In this document: positions 29,484 through 38,819 of the stretch, one piece after another
Layout: each line of letters opens with the position of its first letter
How positions within the stretch are numbered: the first letter of the stretch is position 1
The notes under the pieces: model-generated
Databases searched by the model: none
What the model was told of the DNA's origin: nothing
Seen by the model: the letters and a program-made list of their open reading frames with translations, nothing else
From: Candidatus Methylomirabilota bacterium
GTDB lineage: Bacteria; Methylomirabilota; Methylomirabilia; Rokubacteriales; CSP1-6
DNA length: 64,000 nucleotides
Assembly: GCA_036506275.1 (NCBI GenBank)
Contig: DASXSB010000031.1
Coordinates: 642-64,641 of the forward strand
Direction of reading: 5' to 3'
Program-made: the position numbers and the translations under genes

Positions 29484-31246
29484 AGCACGCGCGCGCCCTT
29501 GACGTCCCAGACGCCGCGCGGGCTGAGGCGCGCCGCGGGCAGGAAGTCGGCCGCGAGGAAGAACAGCGTGAACATCGGGTCATGGTACGGATAGCCACGC
29601 GCGACGAGGGCAGCGCGGATGCGGTCTTCCCCGCGCGCGACTTCCGGCAGCGTTCCCGTCGTCATCACACCGCCCACCGGCAGCGCCCACTCCTCCGCGA
29701 CGTCGTCACCGTCGGCGACGACGATCCCGCCCCGAAGCTCGAGCACGCGGTTGACCGCGCGCGCCATCGCCTCCGGGCTCCGGCCGAGCACCAGGATGTT
29801 GAAGTCGGTGGTGATGGTGGAAGCGACCGCGTCGAGACGGTCGGCGAACCCGGCCACGATGGCGGGCGCCACCCAGCGGCCCGCGCGATCCACGAGGGCC
29901 GCGTGCAGATCTCCGGCCGCGGGCGCGCGCTCCTCCAGTTTCGTGATCACCGCGCTCACGAGACGGATCACGGGATACCGGTCCCGCGCGGGTAGGCGGA
30001 AGTCCTCGGGGCGGGCGCGCCAGCGCACGGTGAGGCGCGCCTCCGCCGACGTGAACACGCGCGTCCATGCCGGCTCCGGAACCTCGGCGAGCAGCCGCCC
30101 GCCCTCGGCGGCGAGACGACCGCGCGCCACCACGCGCTCGGGGCGTGGCTCGCTCAGGTCGGCGAGGACACAGATATCCGCGTAGCGTCCGGGCGCGATG
30201 CCGCCGAGGTCGTCGTCGCGGCCGAAGTAGGTGGCGGGGTTGAGCGTGACCATCCGATAGGCGTCCACGGGGGGGACGCCGCGGTCGAGCGCCACGCGGA
30301 GGAGATGATCGACGAAGCCGTGGTCGCGCACGAAGGCGGGCATCGATCCGTCGGCGGTCAACATGAGGCGCGAGGCAAGCGCGGGCGCTTCCTTGAGGAC
30401 GTCGAGGAGCCCGTGGAGGTCGGGGCGCAGCGACGACTCGCGCAGCATCACCGCGATGCCGTGCCGCGCGCGCTCCAGCACCTCGCGGACGGTGATCGGC
30501 TCGTGATCGGACGTGAGCCCACCGGCGGCGAGGGCGGCGATCTTCTCCGCGCTCGCGCCCGCCGTGTGTCCCTCCACGCGCAGGCCGCGCACGCGGGCGA
30601 GGTCGATGCGATGCAAGAGGTCCGCGTCGCCGTCGTGGATCTCCGGCCACCGCGTGACTTCACCGACACCGATCGCCCACGGATGCGCGAGCGCGCGCGC
30701 GACGTCGCGGAGCGGAAAGCGCCTGCCCTCGTCGGCGCTGCGGCTCTGCGCGTGGACGCGGATCATCCAGAAGAACTTCAGCGGGCTCTGCGCGAGCGTG
30801 TTCGCGACCATCTCGAAGCCGCGGCGGCCGCCGAGCTCCCAGAGCTGGAGCGTGTCGGCGAAGACCGTGGTCGTCCCCAGCGGCAGGACGTGGCGTGCGA
30901 ACGCCGACGGCGTCACCAGGTGGGCGGGATGGACGTGGGGATCGATGTATCCGGGCGTCAGGATGCGTCCCGCCGCTTCCAGCACCTGCGTGCGCGGTCC
31001 GAGGGCGTCCTCGCGCGCGCCCACGTACGCGATGCGCTCGCCGTGAACGGCCACGTGGGCGGGATAAATCTCGCCCGTGTAGACGTTGAGGATCATGCCG
31101 CCGCGGATGAAGAGGTCGGCCGGCCGCTCCCCCCGCGCGACCGCGGTGAGACGCCTGCGTTCCGCACCAGCCGCGACCGCGGTGAGACGCCTGCGTTCGG
31201 CGCTCGTCGCGAAAGCGGTGGGCCGTTTCCGTACGGCGCGGGTCAT
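29456..31246 (-). CDS. ade: adenine deaminase
   Basis: 596 aa with an amidohydrolase fold, the metal-binding ILTPGYIDPHVH motif and the adenine deaminase C-terminal domain. The N-terminus carries an in-frame 36-bp tandem duplication. Confidence 0.85.
   Translation of the reverse strand: MTRAVRKRPTAFATSAERRRLTAVAAGAERRRLTAVARGERPADLFIRGGMILNVYTGEIYPAHVAVHGERIAYVGAREDALGPRTQVLEAAGRILTPGYIDPHVHPAHLVTPSAFARHVLPLGTTTVFADTLQLWELGGRRGFEMVANTLAQSPLKFFWMIRVHAQSRSADEGRRFPLRDVARALAHPWAIGVGEVTRWPEIHDGDADLLHRIDLARVRGLRVEGHTAGASAEKIAALAAGGLTSDHEPITVREVLERARHGIAVMLRESSLRPDLHGLLDVLKEAPALASRLMLTADGSMPAFVRDHGFVDHLLRVALDRGVPPVDAYRMVTLNPATYFGRDDDLGGIAPGRYADICVLADLSEPRPERVVARGRLAAEGGRLLAEVPEPAWTRVFTSAEARLTVRWRARPEDFRLPARDRYPVIRLVSAVITKLEERAPAAGDLHAALVDRAGRWVAPAIVAGFADRLDAVASTITTDFNILVLGRSPEAMARAVNRVLELRGGIVVADGDDVAEEWALPVGGVMTTGTLPEVARGEDRIRAALVARGYPYHDPMFTLFFLAADFLPAARLSPRGVWDVKGARVLWPARRRSR
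31137..31208. repeat. 36-bp tandem duplication (2 copies; the first 26 nt are identical) inside the ade 5' region
   Basis: gcgaccgcggtgagacgcctgcgttc occurs at 31137-31162 and 31173-31198. It is in frame and encodes ERRRLTAVAAGA / ERRRLTAVARGE. Confidence 0.8.
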
Positions 31247-31329
31247 GTCGCGATTATGCCCGAACGCCGACGCGCGGCCGCCGGCGGCGGTCGCGGTCAG
31301 CGCTGGACGGGCGTCTGTACAATGGGCGC

Positions 31330-31755
31330 ATGACGGAGCCCATCGAGATCGCTCGGGGCGTGCGGGTCCCGGCGGCGGCCCTCAACGTGCGCGCCGTCCG
31401 CGCATCCGGTCCGGGCGGGCAGAACGTGAACAAGGTCGCGACCAAGGTCGACCTGCGCGTCGACCTCGACGCGATCGAAGGCCTGCCCGACGACGCGCGC
31501 GCCCGGCTCCTCCACCTCGCCCGCCACCGGCTCGACGCCGACGGCCGACTGCTCGTCACGAGCCAGGTCACGCGCAATCAGGCTCGGAACATCGACGATG
31601 CGCGGGAAAAGGCTCGGCAGCTCATCGCCGCCGCTCTCGTGCGGCCACGGCGCCGGAAGGCGTCGCGACCGTCGGCGGCGGCGCGGGAGCGCCGGCTCAC
31701 CGACAAGAAGGAACGGTCCGCCGTCAAGCGTCTGCGCACCCGCCTCGAGGACTGA
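31330..31755 (+). CDS. arfB: alternative ribosome-rescue factor ArfB (peptidyl-tRNA hydrolase, GGQ motif)
   Basis: 141 aa with the GGQ motif (SGPGGQNVNKVATKV) and a basic C-terminal tail (RPRRRKASRPSAAARERRLTDKKERSAVKRLR). Confidence 0.88.
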   Translation: MTEPIEIARGVRVPAAALNVRAVRASGPGGQNVNKVATKVDLRVDLDAIEGLPDDARARLLHLARHRLDADGRLLVTSQVTRNQARNIDDAREKARQLIAAALVRPRRRKASRPSAAARERRLTDKKERSAVKRLRTRLED

Positions 31756-31806
31756 GCGACCGGCGCCCGAAGCGCACGCGCGGGGCGCCCATCGATCGCG
31801 GGGCGC

Positions 31807-34800
31807 TCAGAAGCCGAGGGCGCGCACCTGGGCGCGGAAGCGCTCGACGTTGCGCAGCTTGATGTCCTCGTAGCCGCGGATGACGTCGGGAAGGTTCGCG
31901 AGCTTGACCGCGCGGTCGTAGCTCTCCGGCGTCAGGTTCGCGAGCGCCTTCTCCATCAGCGTCCGGTACTCGCCCACCAGCTCCCGCTCGACACGCCGCA
32001 CCCGCGCATAGCCGAACGGATCGAGCGCGGTGCCCCGCAGGCGCTTGAGGCTCACGAGAGCCCGAAACACCGAATCGAACCACTTGCCGAGCTCGATCTT
32101 GCCCTTCACGCCGAGGGCGCGCAGGAAGGGCGGGTGCAGGTTGTAGTGCACGGTGACGCCGCCTGGGAATTCCTCGGCGAGGCCGGCGGCGACGTCGGTG
32201 CGCAGATGCAGGCGCGCGACCTCGTACTCGTCCTTGTACGCCATCAGCTTGAAGAGATGTCGCGCCACGGCTTCCGCGAGCCGCGTTTCCCCCGGCATCA
32301 CCACGCGCTCGGCCTTGGCCACGCGCTTCACGAATTCCGCGTACGCGCGCGCGTACGCCGCGTCCTGGTAATCGACCAGCTCGGGCACGCGGATTCCCAG
32401 CAGCCGCCGGAGCTCGCCGGCCGCGCCCACGCTCTCGACGATTGCGAGCGTCTCCGCGGTGGCCACCGGAATGACCTCGGCCGCGCCCAGTCGCTCCTTC
32501 CTCACGCCACGGACCCATCCGGGATCGACGACGGCGAGGCGACCGGCGCGGAACGCCTGCGTGTTCATCGCCACTGCCACCCCGTTGAGGGCGATGGTCT
32601 CCTCGATGGCGGCGGCGCTCACGGGAATGGCGCCCGCCTGGTAGGCGGCGCCGAGCACGATCATGTTCGCCGCCATGTGGTCGTCGAACAGCCGCTCCGC
32701 GAGCCCGAGCGCGTCGACGTAGACGTTCTCGTCCTTGCGGGTGAAGCGATCGATGGACTGGAGAAGCGAGCTCGATTCCGGGAAGTGGACCTCGGTGGAC
32801 GTCACCATGGCGCCCGTGGGCACCTGACTCGTGGACACGACCGCGATGGTCTTGTCCGGACGCGCGTGGTCCAGGTTGATCGGCGACGTCGCGACGAGGA
32901 CGTCGAAGCCCAGGTAGCAGTCCGCCTCGCCCGCCGAGATCTTGTTGGAGATCTCCTGCGGCGTCTCCGAGATCTTGAGATGGGAGACGACGGGTCCGCC
33001 CTTCTGGCTGAGCCCGGTCTGATCGAGCCCGCGCACGTGCTTGCCGTCGAGGAGAGCGGCGGTGCCGAGGATCTGGTTCACGGTGACGACGCCGGTGCCG
33101 CCGATCCCCATCATGTAGATGCTGGCCGTGCGCGGGACTTTGAGGACGGGCTCGGGCAGCGCGTGCTCGACAGTGAAGGTCTTCCGCTCGCGCTTGCGCG
33201 GCTCGCCGATGGGCACGACCGTCAGGAACGACGGGCAGTCGCCGCGCAGGCACGAGTAGTCCTTGTTGCACGACGACTGGTGGATCTGCGTCTTCCGTCC
33301 GAACTCCGTATCGACCGGGTGCACGGACAGGCAGTTGCTCTGCACGCCGCAGTCGCCGCAGCCCTCGCACACCGCTTCGTTGATGAACACGCGCAGGGCG
33401 GGATCGGGGAGCTTGCCCCGCTTGCGCAGTCGCCGCTTCTCCGCCGCGCAACGCTGGTCGTAGACGAGCGCGGTCACACCGGGGGTATCGCGGAGCACGC
33501 GCTGCGCCTCGTCGAGGCGGTCGCGGTGCCACACTTCCGTGCCCTTCGCCCAGCGCGCGGCGGGACCGTACTTGCCGGGCTCGTCGGTGAGCACGAGGAT
33601 GCGCTTGACGCCTTCCGCTTCGAGCTGCCGCGTGACGTCGGGAACCGGCATCGCGCCCGCGGCGTCCTGCCCGCCCGTCATCGCCACCGCCGAGTTGTAG
33701 AGCAGCTTGTAGGTGATGTTGGTCCCGGCAGCCACCGCCTGTCTGATCGCGAGCGAGCCCGAGTGGAAGAACGTGCCGTCACCCAGGTTCTGGAACATGT
33801 GGGGCATGCTCGTGAACGGCGCCATCCCCACCCACTGCGCGCCTTCTCCGCCCATGTGGGTGACCCCGAACGTCTGGCGCTCCGGCATGGTGAGCACCAT
33901 GCCGTGGCACCCGATCCCGGCGGCGGCGATGGAGCCTTCCGGCACCACGGTGGAGCGGTTGTGCGGGCACCCCGAGCAGAAGAACGGCTGGCGCGCGAGC
34001 GTCAACGGCGCCGGCCGCTCGCGCAGCGCTTCGAGGAGCGCCACGCGGGCGGTGATCGAGCCGAGCTGCACGCGCGGCTCGAGCCGCGCCGCCACGATCT
34101 GGGCGATCTTGTCGGGGTCGAGCTCGCCGTTGGCGGGCACGAGCGGCCGGCCCTCGGTGTCCCACTTGCCGACGACGCGGGGATGCTCGGCGTCGTTGTA
34201 GAGGATGTCTCGGATGAACAGCTCGACGAAGGCGCGCTTCTCCTCGACGACCAGGATCTCCTGGAGGCCGTGGGCGAACTCGCGCACGATGCCGGGCTCC
34301 ATCGGAAACAGCATCCCGATCTTGAGCAGGCGGACGCCGTAGCGCCGGAGGGCGTCGTCGTCGAGACCGAGCTCGAGGAGCGCCTGGCGCAAATCGTAGT
34401 AGGTCTTCCCCGCCGCCGCGATGCCGAGCCACGCGCCCGGAGTGGGGACCGTGATGCGGTTGATGGGGTGGGCGACCGCGAACGCCTTGGCGGCCTGGAG
34501 ACGCCCGTAGTGGATCTCGCGCTCCAGCTCGAGGCCGAACGGCGGCAGCAGCGTCGGGTTCTGCGTGGGGCGCCAGGGCCGCCCCTCGTACGTGAATCCG
34601 GGATCCGCGATGATCACGCGGTTCGGGGCCACGGTGGCGGTGCCGATCTCGTCGGCGACGTTGGTGACGATCTTGAAGCCGACCCACAGCCCCGAGTAAC
34701 GCGACAGCTCGAACCCGAGGCGGCCGAGGTCGAGGATCTCCTGCACGTTGCCGGGAAACAGCACGGGGAAGAGCGCGTCGTAGAACGCCACCTCGGAATG

Positions 34801-35274
34801 CGTGGGCAGCGTGGACGACTTCGACAGCGGGTCGTCGCCGCCGAGAGCGAGGACGCCGCCGTGACGGCCGGTGCCGGCGTAGTTCGCGTGCTTGAAGATG
34901 TCGCCGGTGCGGTCGACGCCGGGGCCCTTGCCGTACCACATGCCGAGCACGCCGTCGTACTTCGGGTGCGGGAAGAGATTGGCGAGCTGGCTACCGTAGA
35001 CGGCGGTGGCCCCGAGGTCCTCGTTCACCCCGGAGATAAAAACGACGTTGTGCTCGCGCAGCAATTCGGGATTGCGCTCGAGCGTCAGGTCGAACCCGCC
35101 CAGCGGGGAGCCGCGGTAGCCGGAGATCAGCGTGGCGGTGTTGAGCCCGCGACGACGATCGGCACGATGCTGGTCCAAAGGCAGGCGCACGAGAGCCTGG
35201 ATTCCGGAAAGGAAGATGACGCCTTCTTCCTGACGGTACTTGGCGTCGAGCGCGAAATCGTGCGTGCGTGCCAT
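31807..35274 (-). CDS. indolepyruvate/2-oxoacid:ferredoxin oxidoreductase, fused alpha-beta type
   Basis: 1155 aa with an N-terminal TPP/pyrimidine-binding domain, 4Fe-4S cysteine clusters (CEGCGDCGVQSNC) and a C-terminal IorB-like domain. This is the typical about 1150-aa fused IOR-family protein. Confidence 0.85.
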   Translation of the reverse strand: MARTHDFALDAKYRQEEGVIFLSGIQALVRLPLDQHRADRRRGLNTATLISGYRGSPLGGFDLTLERNPELLREHNVVFISGVNEDLGATAVYGSQLANLFPHPKYDGVLGMWYGKGPGVDRTGDIFKHANYAGTGRHGGVLALGGDDPLSKSSTLPTHSEVAFYDALFPVLFPGNVQEILDLGRLGFELSRYSGLWVGFKIVTNVADEIGTATVAPNRVIIADPGFTYEGRPWRPTQNPTLLPPFGLELEREIHYGRLQAAKAFAVAHPINRITVPTPGAWLGIAAAGKTYYDLRQALLELGLDDDALRRYGVRLLKIGMLFPMEPGIVREFAHGLQEILVVEEKRAFVELFIRDILYNDAEHPRVVGKWDTEGRPLVPANGELDPDKIAQIVAARLEPRVQLGSITARVALLEALRERPAPLTLARQPFFCSGCPHNRSTVVPEGSIAAAGIGCHGMVLTMPERQTFGVTHMGGEGAQWVGMAPFTSMPHMFQNLGDGTFFHSGSLAIRQAVAAGTNITYKLLYNSAVAMTGGQDAAGAMPVPDVTRQLEAEGVKRILVLTDEPGKYGPAARWAKGTEVWHRDRLDEAQRVLRDTPGVTALVYDQRCAAEKRRLRKRGKLPDPALRVFINEAVCEGCGDCGVQSNCLSVHPVDTEFGRKTQIHQSSCNKDYSCLRGDCPSFLTVVPIGEPRKRERKTFTVEHALPEPVLKVPRTASIYMMGIGGTGVVTVNQILGTAALLDGKHVRGLDQTGLSQKGGPVVSHLKISETPQEISNKISAGEADCYLGFDVLVATSPINLDHARPDKTIAVVSTSQVPTGAMVTSTEVHFPESSSLLQSIDRFTRKDENVYVDALGLAERLFDDHMAANMIVLGAAYQAGAIPVSAAAIEETIALNGVAVAMNTQAFRAGRLAVVDPGWVRGVRKERLGAAEVIPVATAETLAIVESVGAAGELRRLLGIRVPELVDYQDAAYARAYAEFVKRVAKAERVVMPGETRLAEAVARHLFKLMAYKDEYEVARLHLRTDVAAGLAEEFPGGVTVHYNLHPPFLRALGVKGKIELGKWFDSVFRALVSLKRLRGTALDPFGYARVRRVERELVGEYRTLMEKALANLTPESYDRAVKLANLPDVIRGYEDIKLRNVERFRAQVRALGF

Positions 35275-35407
35275 TGAACCCCCTCGGCCCCGTTACGTGA
35301 TGTGGCCTCTCGCGAACGACCGCCCCGGCTTGTCCGTATGATACGGGCGCACCGCAGACGCTGCAAACAACGGGCAGGACGGCGGCGTGCAGACCCAAGG
35401 AGGCGCG

Positions 35408-36352
35408 ATGAGCGTGAGCTTCGGCATCATGGTGGAGGGACAGGAAGGCCTCGGCTGGGAGCGCTGGCGTCGGCTTGCCGCCGTCGCCGAGGACGGCTAC
35501 GAGTCGTTGTTCCGCTCCGACCATCTCACCGGCCTCTTCGGCGATGCGCGCCGCGAGTCGCTCGACACGTGGGCGTCGCTGGCGTGGCTCGCCTCCAACA
35601 CGAAACGCATCCGCTTCGGTCCGCTCGTGTCGCCGCTCACGTTCTATCACCCCGCCCTGCTCGCGAAGCGCGCCGCCGCCGTCGACGTCCTCTCCGGGGG
35701 CCGGCTCGACCTCGGCATCGGCGCCGGGTGGCACGAGGGCGAGCACCGCATGTTCGGCATCCCCTTTCCGCCACTCAAGGAGCGGATGGACCGCCTGGAG
35801 TACGGAGCGCGCGCGATTCGCGCGCTCTGGAAGGGGACGCCGGTGACGCTGGCCCAGCCGTACTATCCACTCGTCGCTGCCGAGAGCCATCCGCTCCCGG
35901 CGCGCGGCCACCTGCCGCTCGTGATCGGCGGACGGGGCGAGCGTCGCGCCCTTCGCATCGTCGCCGAGCACGCCGACGAGTGGAACACCACGCGTGTCAC
36001 GTTCGAGCACTACCGGCAGAAGCGCGACGTCCTCGAGCGGCATTGCCGCGACGTGGGCCGGCGTCCTGGTGACATCCGACGATCGCTCATGGTGCCATTC
36101 ATCGTGGGCACGTCGGCGGCGGAGGCGGCGACGCGCCTGGGGCGGGCACGGGCGATCTTTCCGAGGGTGCCGGAGGACGAGGCGGGCTGGCGCAGCGCCG
36201 GCTTTCTCTACGGCACGCCGGACGCGGTGATCGCCGACCTCAAGCGCTGGGAAGCGCTCGGCATCCAGCGCGTGATGTTGCAGCACCTCGATCAGGACGA
36301 CATCGAGGTGCTCCGGCTCCTCGCGCGCGAGATCGTGCCCGCCTTCAAGTAG
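35408..36352 (+). CDS. LLM-class (luciferase-like) flavin/F420-dependent oxidoreductase
   Basis: Homology starts at MSVSFGIMVEGQEG with a TIM-barrel LLM fold (LDLGIGAGWHEGEH). Confidence 0.8.
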   Translation: MSVSFGIMVEGQEGLGWERWRRLAAVAEDGYESLFRSDHLTGLFGDARRESLDTWASLAWLASNTKRIRFGPLVSPLTFYHPALLAKRAAAVDVLSGGRLDLGIGAGWHEGEHRMFGIPFPPLKERMDRLEYGARAIRALWKGTPVTLAQPYYPLVAAESHPLPARGHLPLVIGGRGERRALRIVAEHADEWNTTRVTFEHYRQKRDVLERHCRDVGRRPGDIRRSLMVPFIVGTSAAEAATRLGRARAIFPRVPEDEAGWRSAGFLYGTPDAVIADLKRWEALGIQRVMLQHLDQDDIEVLRLLAREIVPAFK

Positions 36353-36370
36353 CGCCGGGGACGAGCGCGC

Positions 36371-36841
36371 TCAGGGCCGCCAGAGCCCGCGCCCCGCCTT
36401 TCGCGCATCGCGCTGGAGCTGGATGAAGACATCCGCGTAGCGCACGTTGGGCGGGACCGTCATGACTTGCGCGTAGCCCCGGCTCACCAGCTCCGCGTTC
36501 ACCATGACGTCGCCCACCCAGACGTAGGCGAGCAGACGTCCATAGCGATCGTGCGACCGCACGTCGAGCTCGAGCCGCACCCGCTGCTCTCCCACCAGCG
36601 CCTCGTTGACGCGCGCGGCCTCGCGCCCGCCGGGCTCCTCGCCCCGCCGGGGATGATGCACCTCGGGAGTGTTGACGCCGATGTAGCGGACCTTCTCGAC
36701 GCGGTCGCCGATCCGAACGTGGACGGTGTCGCCGTCCACGACCCGGACGACCACGCCCGTGAGCCCAGGGCTGGCGCCGACGCCGCTGGCGAGGAGCAGG
36801 AGGCCGACCAGCAACAGCGGGCCGAGCCGAGCGGGGCGCAC
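36371..36841 (-). CDS. secreted thermonuclease (SNase-like)
   Basis: 156 aa with a signal peptide, VVRVVDGDTVHV and YIGVNTPE motifs, and the conserved Arg/Glu catalytic residues. Confidence 0.85.
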   Translation of the reverse strand: MRPARLGPLLLVGLLLLASGVGASPGLTGVVVRVVDGDTVHVRIGDRVEKVRYIGVNTPEVHHPRRGEEPGGREAARVNEALVGEQRVRLELDVRSHDRYGRLLAYVWVGDVMVNAELVSRGYAQVMTVPPNVRYADVFIQLQRDARKAGRGLWRP

Positions 36842-37072
36842 GCGGCGACGGTGTCACGCCCTCACGCCGGGTGTCAATGTTTGCAGACAGCGGGCACCCC
36901 GAAAGGTCGGCACGTCCAAGATTGGACAGATGGCGCAGCAATCCGGGACGGGACGGCATCCCGGGTCCATGACCTCGTCACCGGACCGCGACACGCCGTA
37001 GGGAAAAAATTTTCGGTACGACTGGTGGCGGTTCAAACCCTGGCACGACCGGTGCTCTGCACCCCGCAGCCC

Positions 37073-37564
37073 ATGTCGACGACAAAGACGCCCCTGGCAC
37101 GCGTGCTGGTCATCGACGACGACGCCGATACCCGCGAGGTTCTCAGCGTCTTCCTCGCCCACCAGGGCTACAGGCCGGCACTCGCCGACGGCGGCCGCGA
37201 GGGCCTCAAGCTCGCGGTATCAGAGCCCCCGGACGTGGTGTTGCTCGACGTGATGATGCCGGACGTGAACGGGCTCGACGTGCTGGGCCGCCTCCGCCTC
37301 CTGCATCCCGCGCTGCCGGTCATCATGACCACGGCCAGCTCGGATCCGGACGTCGCCCGGGAGGCCCTGCGCCTGGGCGCCTTTCGCTACCTGCGCAAGC
37401 CGATCGACCTGGATGGGCTCGACCGCGTGATCGAGGAGGCGCTCAGCGTGCCGAAACGGTCGTCGACGCCGTCGTCGTCGCTGACGGGACCGGAAATCCT
37501 GGGACTGCTGTCCGACGTCGCGTCCCGCGCCGACCGTAAGCCGCCCGATCGCACCCGGGCCTAG
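37073..37564 (+). CDS. single-domain response regulator (CheY-like receiver)
   Basis: ATG at 37073 gives MSTTKTPLARVLVIDDDADTREVL...; phospho-acceptor Asp in LLDVMMPDVNG, plus conserved T and K residues. There is no output domain. Confidence 0.85.
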   Translation: MSTTKTPLARVLVIDDDADTREVLSVFLAHQGYRPALADGGREGLKLAVSEPPDVVLLDVMMPDVNGLDVLGRLRLLHPALPVIMTTASSDPDVAREALRLGAFRYLRKPIDLDGLDRVIEEALSVPKRSSTPSSSLTGPEILGLLSDVASRADRKPPDRTRA

Positions 37565-37581
37565 CCCCGCCTCTCACTCTA

Positions 37582-37833
37582 GTCCGTGCGCGAGGCGACC
37601 TGGGCGGCGCGCACGATCGCGAACCCGACCGAGCGAAGCTCGGCGTCGACCCGGTCCTGCCTCCGCTCCCGGCGCCGGCGATCTCCACCGGGAACCGCCT
37701 CCTGACGGACACGCCGCTCCTGCACCCGCCGGTCGAACAGGACATCGACCTTCGGGTCCGCCGCGAAGTCCTTGAGCAGGTACTCGTAGAGATCCTTTTG
37801 CTCGCGCGCCACGATGAACAGGTGGCGGTCCAT
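37582..37833 (-). CDS. small hypothetical protein (84 aa)
   Basis: Internal ATG at 37833 gives MDRHLFIVAREQKDLYEYLLKDFAADPKVDVLFDRR.... It is co-directional with, and 29 nt downstream of, the NYN gene. Confidence 0.4.
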
Positions 37834-37861
37834 GATTGCAGGTGGCTCCTCTGGCGCCTCA

Positions 37862-38356
37862 GCGGTGCAGGCGTCGGCGTGCCCGCTCCGCCGCGCGCGC
37901 CGCCTTCGACGCCCGCCGCGGGTTCCCCCGCTTCTCGCGACTCGCGGTCTCCTCGTCGTCGCCGCCGGAGTCCTCGCCCGGCGACGTCGCGATGGCGGCG
38001 AGGAATTCCTCGGCGCCAAGAACCGTGGCGCCGGCGCGCCGCGCCGCGTCCCGCACGGCGCGATCGGAGCTGACGACCACGGCCCCGTCCCGCCAGCGCG
38101 CGGCGAGACGGACGAGAACGTCGTCGGCGTGGTCCGGCGGGCGGGAGAAGAGTACCTCGACGCGCCCTCCCGACGCCATCCCGCCCGTGCGGCGGGCACC
38201 GTCGAAGACGACCGTGAACGTATCCGGCGACGTCCCCGCCACCGTCGCCAGCACGTGCAGGAGCGCCGTCCGGCCCGCCTCCAGGCTTTCCGTCTCCCGC
38301 GAGCTGAGCGCGGGATCGCGGCGGATCACGTTGTAGCCGTCGATGAGCCAGCGCAT
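37862..38356 (-). CDS. NYN-domain (YacP-like) putative RNA-binding/RNase protein
   Basis: ATG at 38356 gives the typical MRWLIDGYNVIRRDP... N-terminus. The track ORF 37859..38785 extends artificially upstream. Confidence 0.7.
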
Positions 38357-38374
38357 GGTCCGTATACTACGGGC

Positions 38375-38806
38375 GTGAATGCCCGGATTCGCAGCTTCGC
38401 GAGCTACGCCGCCGGCGACCGTCACGACTACACGCGCACGGTGACCGCGGACGACGTCGCGGACTTCGCGCGCGTCTCCGGCGACGACAACGCCGTGCAC
38501 CTCGACGATGCTTTCGCGCGGCGCACCCGCTTCGGCGGTCGCGTCGTCCACGGCGCCCTCAGCTTCGGCTTCATGGCGGCCGCGCAGACGGCGCTCGTCG
38601 GCGCCGGCGTCATCTGGGTGGACGCGAGCGTGCGCTTCCTCGCTCCCGTCCGCATCGGCGACACCGTCACCACGACGTCGGAGATCGCCGAGGTCCAGCA
38701 CGACCGGCGGATGCTGAAGCTGCGCTCCACCGCCCGCCGCGCCGACGGCACCGTCCTGATGACGGGCGAATCCACCGTCAAGCACCTGAAAGAGCTCGAG
38801 CCCTGA
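38375..38806 (+). CDS. MaoC-like (R)-specific enoyl-CoA hydratase/dehydratase (hotdog fold)
   Basis: GTG at 38375 gives NARIRSFASYAAGDRHDYTRTVTADDVADFARVSGDDNAVHLD.... It is divergent from the NYN gene with about an 18-bp spacer. Confidence 0.75.
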   Translation: MNARIRSFASYAAGDRHDYTRTVTADDVADFARVSGDDNAVHLDDAFARRTRFGGRVVHGALSFGFMAAAQTALVGAGVIWVDASVRFLAPVRIGDTVTTTSEIAEVQHDRRMLKLRSTARRADGTVLMTGESTVKHLKELEP

Positions 38807-38819
38807 GCGCCCTCGAGTC

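Noticed and set aside
36345-36959. 204-aa minus-strand ORF and the 36467..37564 plus ORF upstream part.
   Set aside because: They overlap the thermonuclease gene and the divergent promoter. Only the 37073..37564 response-regulator part has homology.
37020-37060. tRNA-like T-loop (GGTTCAAACCC) upstream of the response regulator.
   Set aside because: The flanking sequence cannot form T-stem or acceptor-stem pairing, so it is not a tRNA.
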